This document shows positions 40,419 to 53,200 of a stretch of DNA of 64,000 nt, in pieces (the stretch's first letter is position 1; every line of letters begins with the position of its first letter). The position numbers were made by a program, and so were the translations under genes. Source of the stretch: Octopus sinensis (Eukaryota); contig NC_043000.1 in the NCBI RefSeq assembly GCF_006345805.1, forward strand, positions 105,710,001 through 105,774,000, written 5' to 3'. Below the pieces are notes generated by a model, which saw only the letters and a program-made list of their open reading frames with translations, ran no database searches and was not told the origin of the DNA.

Positions 40419-40568
40419 CTGAACATTAGCAAAATCGACTCGATTTAAATCTGTTAACATTTGATTAATCTGTGATGTGTTTTGAAGTACAGCACGAGCT
40501 GCTTGTGCAAGATGATTTAATGATGTATATCGACGCAGTGTCTGTGCAAATGCACTTACTGCACCAAC
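40419..40568 (-). CDS. RFX: RFX visible exon 10 (VGAVSAFAQTLRRYTSLNHLAQAARAV...FANVQ)
   Basis: tcttgcag|GTT ... CAG|gtaagt; 150 nt, phase 0 to 0; dimerization domain. Confidence 0.97.
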
Positions 40569-42065
40569 CTGCAAGATATATATTAAGTAAATTAAAATAT
40601 ATTCAAAAACATATTTTGTTGAAATTTGCAACATAAGAAATAAAAAAAAGAAAACCATTTGTGCCATATTCTTGGCAATGACACGTTACTTATTGCTTTT
40701 CCTACCTACAAGAAAGCTATATGTGAATTCATAAAGGAGTTTCACGGATTTCAACTATATTGATATTTCAGATAACTATGTAAACATCTAATCAGCCTCT
40801 GAACATCTCAGTGTTTACAGGTCACACAATATTGGGATGAAAATCAACAAATATTACATTGCTGGCATCTTACTTTTTGAAGGGTCCCTGTCATATTTGA
40901 TAGTGAGATTCTGGAAGTAGTTGATCAGTACCTTCGAGCTACCTGCACTGCCACAGCCCAGTGTAAAGACAACATTGAGACCAATAACATGCAAAGTACA
41001 TTCTGATGTTTCTACAGTCAGCTTTGGTCTAAGTTGGAGATCCATATAGTCACAAAAATTTGCACCTACTAAGCACTTATGTACCATCCTGCAGTATGCA
41101 ACGAGATGTGTTCAATGTAAGTAGTAGATTTATACTATTTCAAATTATTTAACCACTTTTGCTTTGCTGAATTTTCTGTGTTTGTGTTTTGGATTCTATG
41201 TCAAATATCCTGGATAAAATATTCTTGGGTATATGCAAGAAAGGACATGAATGCAGGTCAAATGAAAACAACAATCACAATCTCAACATACAAAATGTAG
41301 CTATAACTTCAGAAAACTAATGAAAAAGCTTCTACTTAATCATTTAACTTGGTAGAAACAACAGCCAAGTTTTGTTTCAAATCACACCCTACTGTCTTAA
41401 AAAAGATTGGTTACAAGCAGAGCATCATTAATCATGTCTGGTCAAACGGGGTTGACATGGCCCTAAACAATATCTTTAGAAAAGACCCACTCATTATAGA
41501 AATTAAGTAGTAATTTAGTGTTAAAATATTTAAAGCAAGGAACATTAAAAAACTGAACTGAAATAAAACAGTAGGGATAAACAATATTAGTCAGATTAAC
41601 ATCTTTTAACGATTTTGGTAGATATCAAGGTCAGAAATTATACTTTGCTGATGAGGTCATAACAAGATCAAAACTTTTTCAGAATTGTCTTCCATACCAA
41701 AATAAAATATTATAAGCCATCAAATATTGTTTGTTGTTCACTGAATAATTACTTTAGTTAGTTCTCTCATGTAACTTAATTATTGTTTTTCACATAGATG
41801 GCATCTCTGAGTTATGCTTATATATACAAAGGCTGGCAGCTCATCTCTTTAGAATGTGCAAACTATAAATATACATATATATATAAGTAAAATTATACTA
41901 ATGTGTCCATCTGTTTTAATTTAATTAAATTCTATGCCTTTGTGCAGCTGAGGATTGCTCTGCATTTAAATTGATGTAATGGTTGCATTGTTCAATTAAA
42001 TGGAGTTGCGTGAAACGATCGTACTGCTGCCTTACCTCTGGATATCCTTGTTGCTTATTTTGATT

Positions 42066-42355
42066 ATAGCACCATCCGAGCATAATCGTTGCCAGAGCGG
42101 CTAACTGGCTTCCGTGCCAGTGGCATGTAAAAGGCACCATTCGAGCGAGATCGTTACCAGCATTGCCTTACTGGCACGTAAAAGCACCCCTACACTCTCA
42201 GAGTGGTTGGCATTAGGAAGGGCATCCAGCTGTAGAAATTCTGCAAGATCAAGACTGGAGCCTGGTGCAGCCATCTAGTTTGCCAGCCCTCAGTCAAACC
42301 GTCGAACCCATGCTAGCATGGAAAGCAGACGTTAAACGATGATGATGATGAAGAT
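42066..42355 (+). mobile_element. SINE/LINE 3' end with RTE-type (GAT)n tail
   Basis: Shares gagtggttggcattaggaagggcatccagc and catgctagcatggaaagcagacgttaaac(gat)n with 1-313. Confidence 0.8.
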
Positions 42356-42384
42356 GATATATATATCTATCTATCTATCTTCGT

Positions 42385-42720
42385 CTTTGTCGTCGTCGTC
42401 ATCATCACCATCATTTAACATCTGCCTTCCATGCTAGCATGGGTGGGATGGTTTCACAAGAGCTGGTCAGGCAGAAGCCTGCACCAGACTTCTGTGACTG
42501 TTTAGGCAGGATTTTTACATCCAGCTGTCCTACCCAACACCAATTACCCAGCAGAGTGGAACTAGTGTTTTTTTATGTGGCAGAAGCACAGGTGAGATCA
42601 GCTTTGGCAAGGTTTTTACAGCTGGATGCCCTTCTGAACACCAAACACTTTACAGTGTGGACTGGGTGGCACCTGAACTGACAGGGTCACCAAGTACTTG
42701 CAAGACAAAAAACAAAACAA
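42385..42720 (-). mobile_element. SINE with RTE-type tail, tail-to-tail with the previous copy
   Basis: (cat)n-ttaacatctgccttccatgctagcatggg. Confidence 0.7.
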
Positions 42721-43159
42721 AACTATATATATATATTATCCTCAAACTCAGAACCATCAAGACATATGAGATAATATTCTATGTTTTTACCTAACTTCAA
42801 TGCTAGGTAACTAGGCTGATTGATACACATTAGCAAGGTCTAGAGATAAGCTAGTTTGGCTACAGCTAAAGACCTCTTAAAATATTGGGATATTTTTCGT
42901 TCATTACAATTTTAGTATAATTTTATATTAAGTAACCTAATTAATAACAGTTATTAACAAATTATTAAATAAAAATAATCATTTTCAATACAAGCTTGTT
43001 GGATTTATTATATAATTATCAATTCCTTTTAGATATTATTTTCCTCATTCTGTGTACAACTGCAATATAGGCGGTCTTCTATAAGGATCTCACAGCTTGA
43101 GACCTCAGTCTCTTAAAATCTGGACCTGAATATACACAAACCTATGTAAATAATCATAC

Positions 43160-43257
43160 CTTAGTTTTGACCATTTCATCTGGAACACCATGCATTGCAC
43201 CTTTTAACCAGTTCTCTAAACTTTTAGCAAAATTCCGTATAGCCTGAGTTAAAGAGC
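43160..43257 (-). CDS. RFX: RFX visible exon 9 (SLTQAIRNFAKSLENWLKGAMHGVPDEMVKTK)
   Basis: ttctttcag|GC ... AAG|gtatga; 98 nt, phase 1 to 0. Confidence 0.95.
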
Positions 43258-44486
43258 CTGAAAGAAGTTTTGAAAACAAAATTGAGCTTTCAATGCGTAC
43301 AGTAGATATAATGTATATTTTTATATTATTCTACACATCTTTGTCTTTCTCACTTTTGCATTCACCCTTTCTAAGGTAACTGTGATACACCTTCATGGAT
43401 AAGATGATTGGACTATTTGCACAAAGGTTATCAGTTCAAATTCTCAGCGACATTTCACTGTGTTTCTGGAGAGAGCACAAACTTATTCTTCATTGATCTA
43501 TTTACCTCCCTGTCAAAAATAAGTATCAGGTTACCTGAGGATATTGTCTGCACAAATTGATATCCTGTTCAGGAGGAAATTAATCTTTCACCAACTTCAC
43601 ACCACAAGGACCTCTTTACAGAGCTAAGCTCCAGTTCTTGGAGAATAGGAACATTTATCTTTAATATTTTTAATACCAGCTTCTGTAGAGGTGTAACTAT
43701 ATGTATTTAGTTACAGGCATATCATTAGCAGAATACCAGTTAAAATTCTCTGCACTATTAAGCTACATAATTTATATTGAGTTCAAACTCTACTGAGATC
43801 AACTTTGCTTTTCCTCTCTCCTGAGTTGACAACAAATCAAAAATACAGGGATCAATTAAATTGGAGTACACTTGCTAACTTCCCAATTTGAGTTTAAGAC
43901 TACATGGTCAATAGTATAGCATCTAACTTCAATCACAGTTACACCATATCAGTAAAATTCAGACCAAATATCTAGTCAGTATGTTTTTTTATCTTTTACT
44001 TTCCTATTGAGGCTCTTTATGTCATTCATCAAAAAAAGCAAAGAATTAATTTCTTAACCAAAGGTGATTGAAACAAGTGAGAATTATACATCCTTTGTAT
44101 ATAAGAGTACAAACTGATACTTCCTGGAAATCAATGGTTCAGAAACTTACCTATTTAGCCATCCCATATGTAATAATACACTTTCTTTTACTTGTCTCTG
44201 TCATTAGACAGCAGCCATGCTGGGACACTGCCCTACAGAATTTTTTTTATATAGCCTAGTACTTATTCTATCAGCGTCTTTTTGCCAAACTTCCAAGGAT
44301 GTAAACGCACCAGTTGTCAAGCGGTGGTGGGGAACAAACACACATCACAGGCTTCTTTCAGTTTCTATCAACCAAATCCACTTAAGACTCTGGTCAGCCT
44401 GAGGCTATAGTAGAAGACACTTGCTCAAGGTGCCACGCAGTGGGACTGAGCATGGAACCATGTGACTGGGAAGCAACCATACCGGT

Positions 44487-44727
44487 TGTAGGAAAGTTTG
44501 CTGCAAGACAAGATGAATTGCTCCCCTTGGTATATAATTGTTTCAACCAATAAGAAGGGGTAAAGCAATTTCTTAACTTATTTAAAATTTCCACTACACA
44601 AAAAATTTTGTCAAATGAATAGAAAATTTTAAACGAGTTAGGCAATTGTTTTACCCTTCTTATTGTTGAAACAATTATATATCAAGAGGAGCAAGTCATC
44701 TTTTGCCTTGCGGCAAACATTCCTACA
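44487..44727. mobile_element. Fold-back MITE (about 105-bp arms) inserted into a SINE in RFX intron 8
   Basis: tgtaggaaagtttgctgcaag...cttgcggcaaacattcctaca; the host SINE (about 44180-44476) resumes at about 44775. Confidence 0.8.
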
Positions 44728-44875
44728 GCCCAAAATTCTGAGGTGAATTTTCCTGCGGCAAACTTTTCGGATATGCTTCTTACCACACAGCCATGCCTGC
44801 AACTATGTTTAAAGCAGTTAGTATACATATAGTAATTAACAGACAGAGAGAGAAAAATATTTTGTCAGTACTTAC

Positions 44876-45030
44876 TGGGTATCGGTCGAAGAACATCAGG
44901 TATTAGAACTTCAACAAGAGCTTGATAAAATGCGTAATCAGATCTTTGGACATACTTCTGCAAAGGTTCATATTTACACATAGTGTACAGTTTATCTTTG
45001 GGAAGCCTTTTCTCATAATTATTGTCAGTG
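44876..45030 (-). CDS. RFX: RFX visible exon 8 (TDNNYEKRLPKDKL...FYQALVEVLIPDVLRPIP)
   Basis: ttacacag|C ... A|gtaagt; 155 nt, phase 2 to 1; RFX C region. Confidence 0.95.
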
Positions 45031-45969
45031 CTGTGTAATGAAAAGAGAAAATTGAATTTAAAGAAACCAATTCAATCACTACTATTTATTACTTGGTTAC
45101 ACACGCTGAAGGCTTTGAATTTACAATAGAAAAGAAAGGAAAAGTTATGAAGGTTTACATATTTCTCAAGGGCACAAATCATATAAGTAAAATAGGAAAA
45201 TTAGAAATCAAAACTGGGTTCAGACACAGATTACTGGGAGTTTAACCAGAGCACTTCCCCAGCATTCTACTTTCATACACAGTAACTTATAAGCATTACA
45301 AGATTAAATTCAAAATACAAACTTCATTTACAAAATAAAGTGTATCTTTTCCTTCTAGAATTAATTAAAATTCTTGATGGTACGTTCAAGAATGTTGCAC
45401 GTTCTCTCTCTCTCTCTAGTCTATTTTTCTTTTAATTTACCTACCTAATTCTTCCTTATACTGTCCCTTGTTATTTTCACAAATAAAAGAGGAGTAAAAT
45501 CAGGATTGCCTCTAGCATAAGGGACAACTTTTCCCACCTTTCCTCATTCTTAGACAAATGGCAAGGCGTGAAAACTCTACACCCTTCATGGCATATTCAT
45601 TCTGTCTATTGCAAACTTTCTTAAAGGAAATCATAATAGAAACTGAACTCAGCACTTCTTAGTGTTCAAATGCATCAATTTATAGAATTTAGCAGGTAAG
45701 AGAAGTAAAAGTCGCTGTAAGTAGAATGAAGGGCAATGAGAATCAAGTATCTCAGCCAGCTAACTGCAATCATCCCATGACACTAGAAGTTAAATAGTCA
45801 GGCTGAATATTTTAAGGTCTTTAGATTTTCTGTTTCTAGTTTCTGTGTTTAGATCACACCCAAGTTTCTTAAAAATAGGCATTTGCAATACACTACACAA
45901 ATATTATATAGCCACCACTAACAAAATCGAATCTGACAGGCAAGGATTAAAAGATTAAAACAAAGCTAC

Positions 45970-46064
45970 CTTTGCTGCTGTTCTAGTGTTTGGTTTCTCC
46001 AGAAACCCTGCCACAGGGCTTCTATCAAGGAAAACTGTAAATTCACTACTGCATCCACAATAGC
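45970..46064 (-). CDS. RFX: RFX visible exon 7 (AIVDAVVNLQFSLIEALWQGFWRNQTLEQQQ)
   Basis: ttatttcag|GCT ... AG|gtagct; 95 nt, phase 0 to 2; RFX B region. Confidence 0.94.
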
Positions 46065-46485
46065 CTGAAATAAAAAAGGAATATCTGTAAAATGTATATA
46101 GACAGAAACCACATCACAAACCATCAGATTTACACATGGGACCAATACTGAATCTTCTGAGATAGTCTGATCAGATAGAAAGCAGTGAGATCTCCACTTC
46201 ACTCTGGTGAATATGTAATAAAATTTGCTTCTACCTATGTGGTTTCAAGTTTCACTTCATAGTATGATACTTTTGGCAACTGTCTTCTACCATAACTTCA
46301 GGTTGGCTAATACCTTAACCCTTTAGTATTCAAACTGGTCCTATCCGGCCCAAATATTCAACCTGTTTTATGTTCAAACTGGCTAGATCCAGACTCTCAC
46401 ACCTACCCTATGTCGTTCTAAAAGTAAATAACTACATTAATGAAATCTCAAAGCTATGAGATAATGATCGATTAATTCAAAGTGA

Positions 46486-46720
46486 GAGGCCCTTTGTCAC
46501 CAGCAGAGGTAAGAGCTCTCTGAACTTTGCTCAGGCTATTCTTATTCTAGCAGCTACACTTTCAGAGCACCCTCCCCAGCTACTGACTTGGTCACCTAGG
46601 TAACGGAAGCTATCAACTACTTCTAGTTTTTCTCCCTGGAATGTGGTGGAAGTTGTTCTCTGCACATTTTCAGTGTTTATTGCTCCCGAGCACCTGCCAC
46701 ATACAAAAACTATCTTCCCA
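46486..46720 (-). mobile_element. RTE LINE RT fragment in RFX intron 6
   Basis: GRCSGAINTENVQ..GEKLEVVDSFRYLGDQVSS..SESVAARIRIA*AKFRELLPLLVTKGLS. Confidence 0.85.
46591..46604. promoter_or_regulatory. Perfect X-box (RFX binding site) GTCACCTAGGTAAC inside an RTE fragment
   Basis: Matches GTNRCC-N2-RGYAAC with no mismatch. Function not shown. Confidence 0.4.
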
Positions 46721-48109
46721 GTTAGCCTTCCTTTGATATTGTTGCACCTCTTATGCGTTCATAGCTTACACTGGGTACTTATTATTATTTATATGAAATC
46801 ACTTAGGTGAGAACCCTTAATTTTCTCCGTCCAAATCTTGTTATTCATAAATCCTTTACAATACTTAAAATATGCAACAGAAATATACTGAACTCAATAT
46901 TCCCTCTAACTTCTTGCTGTGGGTGAGAGTAGAAATACACTTGTATGCATCAATGTGAGTAAACATTTACAATTAAAAATCATTGATTTCATCTTGAAAA
47001 CCTTATGTGTGCTTGTGCACATGCACAAAGCTTTGAGGGAACATTAACTAGGCTTAATTCTATCAACAACACCCTGAGCCAATATAGCCCCATGCCTGGA
47101 AAATAGAAATTAGTGAGTATTTGTTAATAGATAAAAGTATTTTTTCTTCATAGGACCATGTTATATATTGTTGTGTAGCCCTATATCAGTTGTGAGTAAA
47201 CAGAAGCTATGATAAGAAGGTGGTTGCTAAGCTTTAATTTTCAGATACTTCCATACAAATTAGTACTGCAAATAAAATACTTTTAACAAGAAGCTAAATC
47301 CAATATTATTTCTGTTAAATCTATCCTCCACTTTTTTTTTTATTGTTTTACTGGGACAAGTCACCTGACTGTGTAGTCATGCTGGGGTGATACCATCAAT
47401 GCTATCAGTTTTTGTTTGGCGTATGATATTTGGTGAATGAGTAAATTATTAATATGTTGTACATTTCATATTAGCGTTTGAGAAAAAAAATTAAGATAAT
47501 TTAGGACAAGAGGTGATGCATTGAACAACGTTCACAAAAATCTTTTCAATTAAAGCAAATTTCCCTCTTGAATAGAAAAAGAAAGAAAAAAAAACTAGCA
47601 GTAATTGTTTGGAATGGTTAACGAAGAGGGGAGATAATTTCAAGAATTTAGAATCAATTTCGCAAAATTCATTTTCATGGGAATTGCTAATAACTGACTG
47701 TAGCTAGTTTTTCCTTTCTTTCCCAGCTAAAAAACAAATTTTAATTATCTTAAAAGAAGCGAAATAATCTACTCTGGTTGAGAATATAAAACACCAATGT
47801 ACTTTCACAACTACTATAACCTTTACAGAAACAATGGGTGCAGGCATTGATGAAATTGAGAAGTTTGCTTCCCAAACACGTAGTTTTGGGTCAAGACCAA
47901 CTGTATGGCAATTAGGGTAAGTGCCCTCTATACAGCTCTGGATCAATCAAAGTCTTGTAAGTAGATTTCATAGTCAGAAACTGAGAGAAGCCAATTTTTG
48001 CATACGTGTGCATGCATGCATGTATGTATGCTTGTTTACTTGTAGTAACAACAACAAATGCATTGAAAAGTATTCAGTCATTGGCAATCTTTAAAATTAA
48101 AATATTTAC

Positions 48110-48344
48110 CTCAGCGTGTTCTCTGTAAATTTTTTCAAAAGTTCTTATATGGTCCATCATAATGCCATCGTGCAATGGCATGACTGACGTGTCAACTTCA
48201 ACAAAGTTGGGAATTGCTCCTGAGGCATCCCCAAGAAACTGCTGGTGATGTTGCTGTTGGGTTTGTGAACTATCTTGATGACCACTGTTATAATGGCTGT
48301 ACATACCATCATTCTCTTCCACTTTATTGTTGGCAAACCGCATC
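48110..48344 (-). CDS. RFX: RFX visible exon 6 (MRFANNK...QFLGDASGAIPNF...YREHAE)
   Basis: ttttcccag|G ... GAG|gtaaat; 235 nt, phase 2 to 0. Confidence 0.94.
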
Positions 48345-49152
48345 CTGGGAAAACAAAGGAAAATGTTTAATAAAGAAAAACACCCTCGCCACACAAACAC
48401 AAAATTAGTTACTTTGACTGAATTGAAGAGAAAACATGAAAATTTGTAATATTCACAACAGCAGGAATGATAAAAATGAAATAGTTGCAGCTAGGAATCA
48501 AAACTTGATGTGCCACACATAATACTTAGATTTATGTAAGAGAGCATACTGAAAGTTGCAATGCTATGGCACAGGAATGTACATGAGACATTATATCTTA
48601 GTTATTGTATAATAAGAATTCAAATCCTAAGGGAACAACAATTTTGAACAAAGCACAAGAGCCTTTTTTTATTCAGCTGATTATTAACAATAAAGGATAC
48701 CATGGAGGTATCTAGTCTATCACTGTAAACAGGATTACGTTATATTTAGTGATTGTTTTCTCAGTTTGTTAACACCATGCTAAAACCATCTCATTTTCTA
48801 CCAGAAAGAAGATATGAATACCACTAATATTCATATTTTAATATGTGTATCAAGGGAAAAATAATATAACAACAATGAATTAAATGTAGCATTGGTAAAA
48901 ATGCCATCCCAATAATTGGTTAATTGAAACAAAAAATCAAGTCACTAATACTAAATAGAATAATTGTTGAGCAATCATATATTTTTATAACAATATACTG
49001 CCAAAAGGCCACTATTTCTAGCAGTTTGAGTGACAACCTATAAGATCACAAGTTTACTTGTACTTTAGATGGGTATAGGGAGTTGGTAATATGGGGCTGG
49101 GGTTTCTCTAGTAAGCCAATACGAGAAGGGCTAAAAGAAGAAATTTACTCAC

Positions 49153-49269
49153 TTTTTACCATGATATATTGGCTGTTGTCGGAGGGCCATTGTTTGTTCA
49201 TCAGTGAACTGGTTGAGAGGAGAGTTGGCCTTGATGCGGATACCATAATAGTGGTACTTGGAGTTGCCA
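49153..49269 (-). CDS. RFX: RFX visible exon 5 (R-GNSKYHYYGIRIKANSPLNQFTDEQTMALRQQPIYHGK-K)
   Basis: tttaaag|T ... AA|gtgagt; 117 nt, phase 2 to 2; end of the DBD wing. Confidence 0.96.
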
Positions 49270-51006
49270 CTTTAAAGAAATATCATAAATAAATAAAATA
49301 TTAAGATTATATATATAAGTAAATTTATTCAGTATATTACTTCAGCATTAATGAATACAATATTTTACTTCAGATTTTGTTAAACATTATGGAATTAAAA
49401 GAACTCAAAGCATGAAACTTACTTCCAGCCTATGTTTCCTCTGAAACCTATAACTTAAACATTAACTGCACCAACCTTATCCACTCTCCCTATCCCCTTA
49501 ACCCTAAGGGCATTTTTGTACCCTTTCTCAAATTAACAAAAATACTAAAGCAAAAGTATAAAGACTAGAATATATAATTTAGTGTTTTTTTTCCAAATCA
49601 CCTGTTGAGAAGAATCAATTAGATTTAATTTTCCAGACTAAATGAGTTTTCCACCAAAGACACTAGTGTAATTACAAGTATCTTCTCTTATGAATTAAAG
49701 AATGCTAAAGGGTCATAGAGCTTTTCATAATACTGACATTTTTTCCTTATGAAGCCCACTTCACATTCAGTTAAATGTTGTTTAGCTAAACACATTTCTT
49801 CATCTTGAATGTACATTTGGAAGGTCAACAAAAGTGCATTGCAACAACTATTCTATACTTCTCTGTGCTTTGTCACACAGACTCTACCAAATCCAATTCT
49901 CAGTCACTTCAGACAATTTCACTTTCCCCAGTTTGCATTCACAATTTCAAGTGAACACAAATGGTGCTCACTAGTTACCATTTCCATTCATTGTTGAGGG
50001 TGGAAAACTGTTGTTTCCGTCTTCCCACAGAGTTGTTATTACCTCGTTTGCTGTAGTGTTAACCTAGAAGGGAGTGGCACATTTAAGAAATCTTTTCCAT
50101 GACTTTAGATAACTCTGAACTGGTGCATATTTGAATACAGACAGCTGTTCATTTATTTGATGCTGTAGACATTCTTTCAAACTGGTCTCTGACCTACTGA
50201 CTGGTAGGGCTATGCATGCAAGAATTTGGAGGCTGCTGGTATTTGTTAGACTAATGCAGCCTGTAATCAATCAACAGCTGGATCTAACTTTTTAGTATGA
50301 ATTGAATTTTTTCCATACTTGGTTCATGTACTTAACTGTGGCATAACACAGAAACAAGGTATCAGATCTTAGGTCATATAAATTACCATTTCTTTCTCAA
50401 AACTATCCTCAAATATGCTCCTATATTTTACATTCAGACTCAAATAGGAATACCACAAAATAATCATAGCAACACATCCCCAGTTTGATGCTAAACCTCA
50501 ATAAAATTTCTGACATGTTATCATATATCAACTTAGTCCACTTTGGTTACCTTTATTCCAATAAACAATAGAATTTCTAAACATACTAACATGATCTGGA
50601 CAGAAACTATGCAAAGTCTCCTCACTGCTATACTGCAAACTATGTAAGGCTTGAAACAAATGGACAAATGGCATATTTGGTGTATTGTTCTTGTAGAGTA
50701 CCTTTCTAATGTTTCACTAACTTACTTGTGGGTTAGATTTAAACAAGAAACATTCAGCAACTGACCCAACAAATACTTAATATACAAGACTCTCTCTCTC
50801 TCTCTCTCTCTCTAGCACATGCAGTCATAAAGCTGAAGCCTGATTGATCAATATATTTAACTCATATCCATGAAAATAAAACGATTCTTGTTAAAAGAAA
50901 GGAATTCTATCTTTTGGAATAATTTCTGTTAAAGTACAATACAAAAACTCAATTTAAGAATTTTTTTAAAAGACAACTCTGTATACAATCAAGATAATGG
51001 ACTCAC

Positions 51007-51188
51007 CGTGTTCCTAAGCGTCTAGTTCTCAAACCAATGAAGACAGAACGTATTAATTTGCCAAAGGAGGCTGGATTCATGGGGTCCAAGTTTTGTTCCT
51101 GACAGTGGCGCAAATAATGATTGTATAAAGTACTCCGAGGTAGACTAACACCTTCAGCAGTCTCATAGTTGTCTAGGAGCCACTGCAC
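51007..51188 (-). CDS. RFX: RFX visible exon 4, DNA-binding winged-helix domain
   Basis: ttatgcag|GTG ... CG|gtgagt; 182 nt; [60 protein letters not shown]. Confidence 0.98.
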
Positions 51189-51615
51189 CTGCATAAGTAC
51201 AATAGGTTTAATCTATTATCAACGAACAGACAAATTTAAAGATAATTGTATTTCACAAAAATAGCTATGATAAATATCACATATTTTACACATTACAGAT
51301 TATAGAGCAGCCAACCAAACTTATTCTCATATGAAAACTCAACTCTTTCCAAATCTACACTTAAAACAAGCATGTGCAAATTTGGAAAGTCTTTTTATCC
51401 TAATCCTGAAAGTTTAATCACTTTGTAAATGACAGGTATTGGAAATAGAGAAAATAACCTGTGGAGCAGAAGATAGGAGAAACACGGGGAAAAAAAACCC
51501 CAGAAAAATTTAGTATGACATACCAAGAAATGTGCAGGTGCTCTTCCTAAGACATATAGGGAAAGTGAGAAAGCAGACCTTAGAAATCAAACGGAATACT
51601 AACAGCAAAACTTAC

Positions 51616-51756
51616 TGTGGCTGGGGATGCTCTCGTAGTGTGACTGAGGGGAGCCCCTTCACCATCCATCGTACTACTCTGAATGACATAGGTGCCTGCA
51701 TGTTGAGTTATGATTTGCCCTTGGATACTCTGGACATGGGCAATATTCGTGGCCAT
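51616..51756 (-). CDS. RFX: RFX visible exon 3 (MATNIAHVQSIQGQ...SHTTRASPAT)
   Basis: ttttcttag|ATG ... ACA|gtaagt; 141 nt, phase 0 to 0; conserved HTTRASPAT motif precedes the DBD. Confidence 0.93.
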
Positions 51757-52749
51757 CTAAGAAAACAGAAAATGTCATTGATGTGGATGATCAGTAATGA
51801 AAAGTGAATTTGTTTCCTTTTTCCTTATTAAAGAATGTTCATTTCTTAAAATGAAATCCAATGAAAAACACAAAACATCAAAATGTAACCTACAATAGAG
51901 AGCAGCTCTCATATCTGGGGCAATGCTGCAGCTCCTCATATGAACTTTAGACAGCACCCCAGGAAAAAATCCAGACTGACTGGTTTCAAACTACTCATCA
52001 AGGCATTCCAATATTCCAATCTTTGACACACACCTTCTCTTCATTATCTTTTCTACGGCTACTACAGTAATCTCTGTTCTTCAGTGTTGTGCCACTTCTA
52101 AACAAAAATTCGTTTGGTATGCATACTGTGTTGAGTCCCCAGTCCTACACTAACTATATATCTAATTCTTCCCACAGCAGATTATCAGCCCTCCATATGC
52201 TTGTTGTTTACATGCAGCTAAAGAACATCAATAAATGCAAGTGTATTGGTATCAAAAGACCTGACAAGGCCAGGGGCACAACCCATTTCTCCAAACCAAG
52301 CTAACAAGATAAATAAATAATAGTCCTGGACAAGGGTATTACTCCAAGTTTCACCAGCTAGACAATCTGGGATATGTTAATATAATTATGTTTATTTATT
52401 TTCCTCATTTGGATGTCCTGTCAATAGCAATATGCTAAAAACGTAAGTTTAAATACATTTTACAAAAATACAGGTATAACAAAAATTACAAACACAAATA
52501 ATTAAGCTTGAAGACAACACTAATAGTTCTCCAGGACAATTAGGCCAGTGGTTAGAACGCCAGACTCAGTAGTGGGTAAAACGTTAGTAGGTTCAAAATA
52601 GTCTGAATAACAAACAGTACACACATATATGAGACAGTATTTTCAATGAAGTATCAGTTGATTTGTATACTCTTACACAAAAGTAGAGAAGCTGAAACAA
52701 ATAGTGATATTGGGACAACTTTTTGAAATGTAACACAATTTTATCTTAC

Positions 52750-52828
52750 CTGGCTACCAGTAGTTTGATAGTATGTTCCACCAACAGAAGAGTACATAGC
52801 GTTAGGAGTATATTCTTGATAACCTGAC
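52750..52828 (-). CDS. RFX: RFX visible exon 2 (SGYQEYTPNAMYSSVGGTYYQTTGSQ)
   Basis: tgttcag|G ... CAG|gtaaga; 79 nt, phase 2 to 0; completes AT|G with exon 1. Too short for the ORF track. Confidence 0.85.
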
Positions 52829-53155
52829 CTGAACACATTAGAGAGAAAAACAGATATGAAATTATTGAATATTCACAGTTATGACCAGATCAAGATGTAA
52901 GCTATCAAAAGAGAAAGCATGAAAACAATGTATAAAATCTAAGATCAAATGCTAAATGAAAACATAGAGGGGAAACTTAAGGGAATCATGTAGGGCTTAC
53001 ATGCAAGTGAGATTATATGCAGACAAAAGCATATTTTACGTTTTTTTTTTTTGGATTCTAGCTTAGGTGGGATAGTCTAAGCAAATCTGCATATTGCTTG
53101 AGTATTGTAATCCATAATTTCAGGAGTCAATATTCAACCTAGATGTATTTCTTAC

Positions 53156-53200
53156 CTCAGAAATTGTTGACTGATGAAATGATTCCATCCACCTTTTATA
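53156..53200 (-). promoter_or_regulatory. Putative internal core promoter (TATA + Inr) with a 17-nt first exon
   Basis: Minus strand: TATAAAAG (53200-53193), TCAGTC Inr with +1 A at 53172, then GAG|GTAAGA donor at 53156/53155. Confidence 0.5.

Noticed and set aside
41648-41680. CTGATGA-GGTC(ATAACAA)GATC-AAAAC hammerhead-like string
   Set aside because: G12 is missing, and no stem III, NUH site or stem I can be formed.
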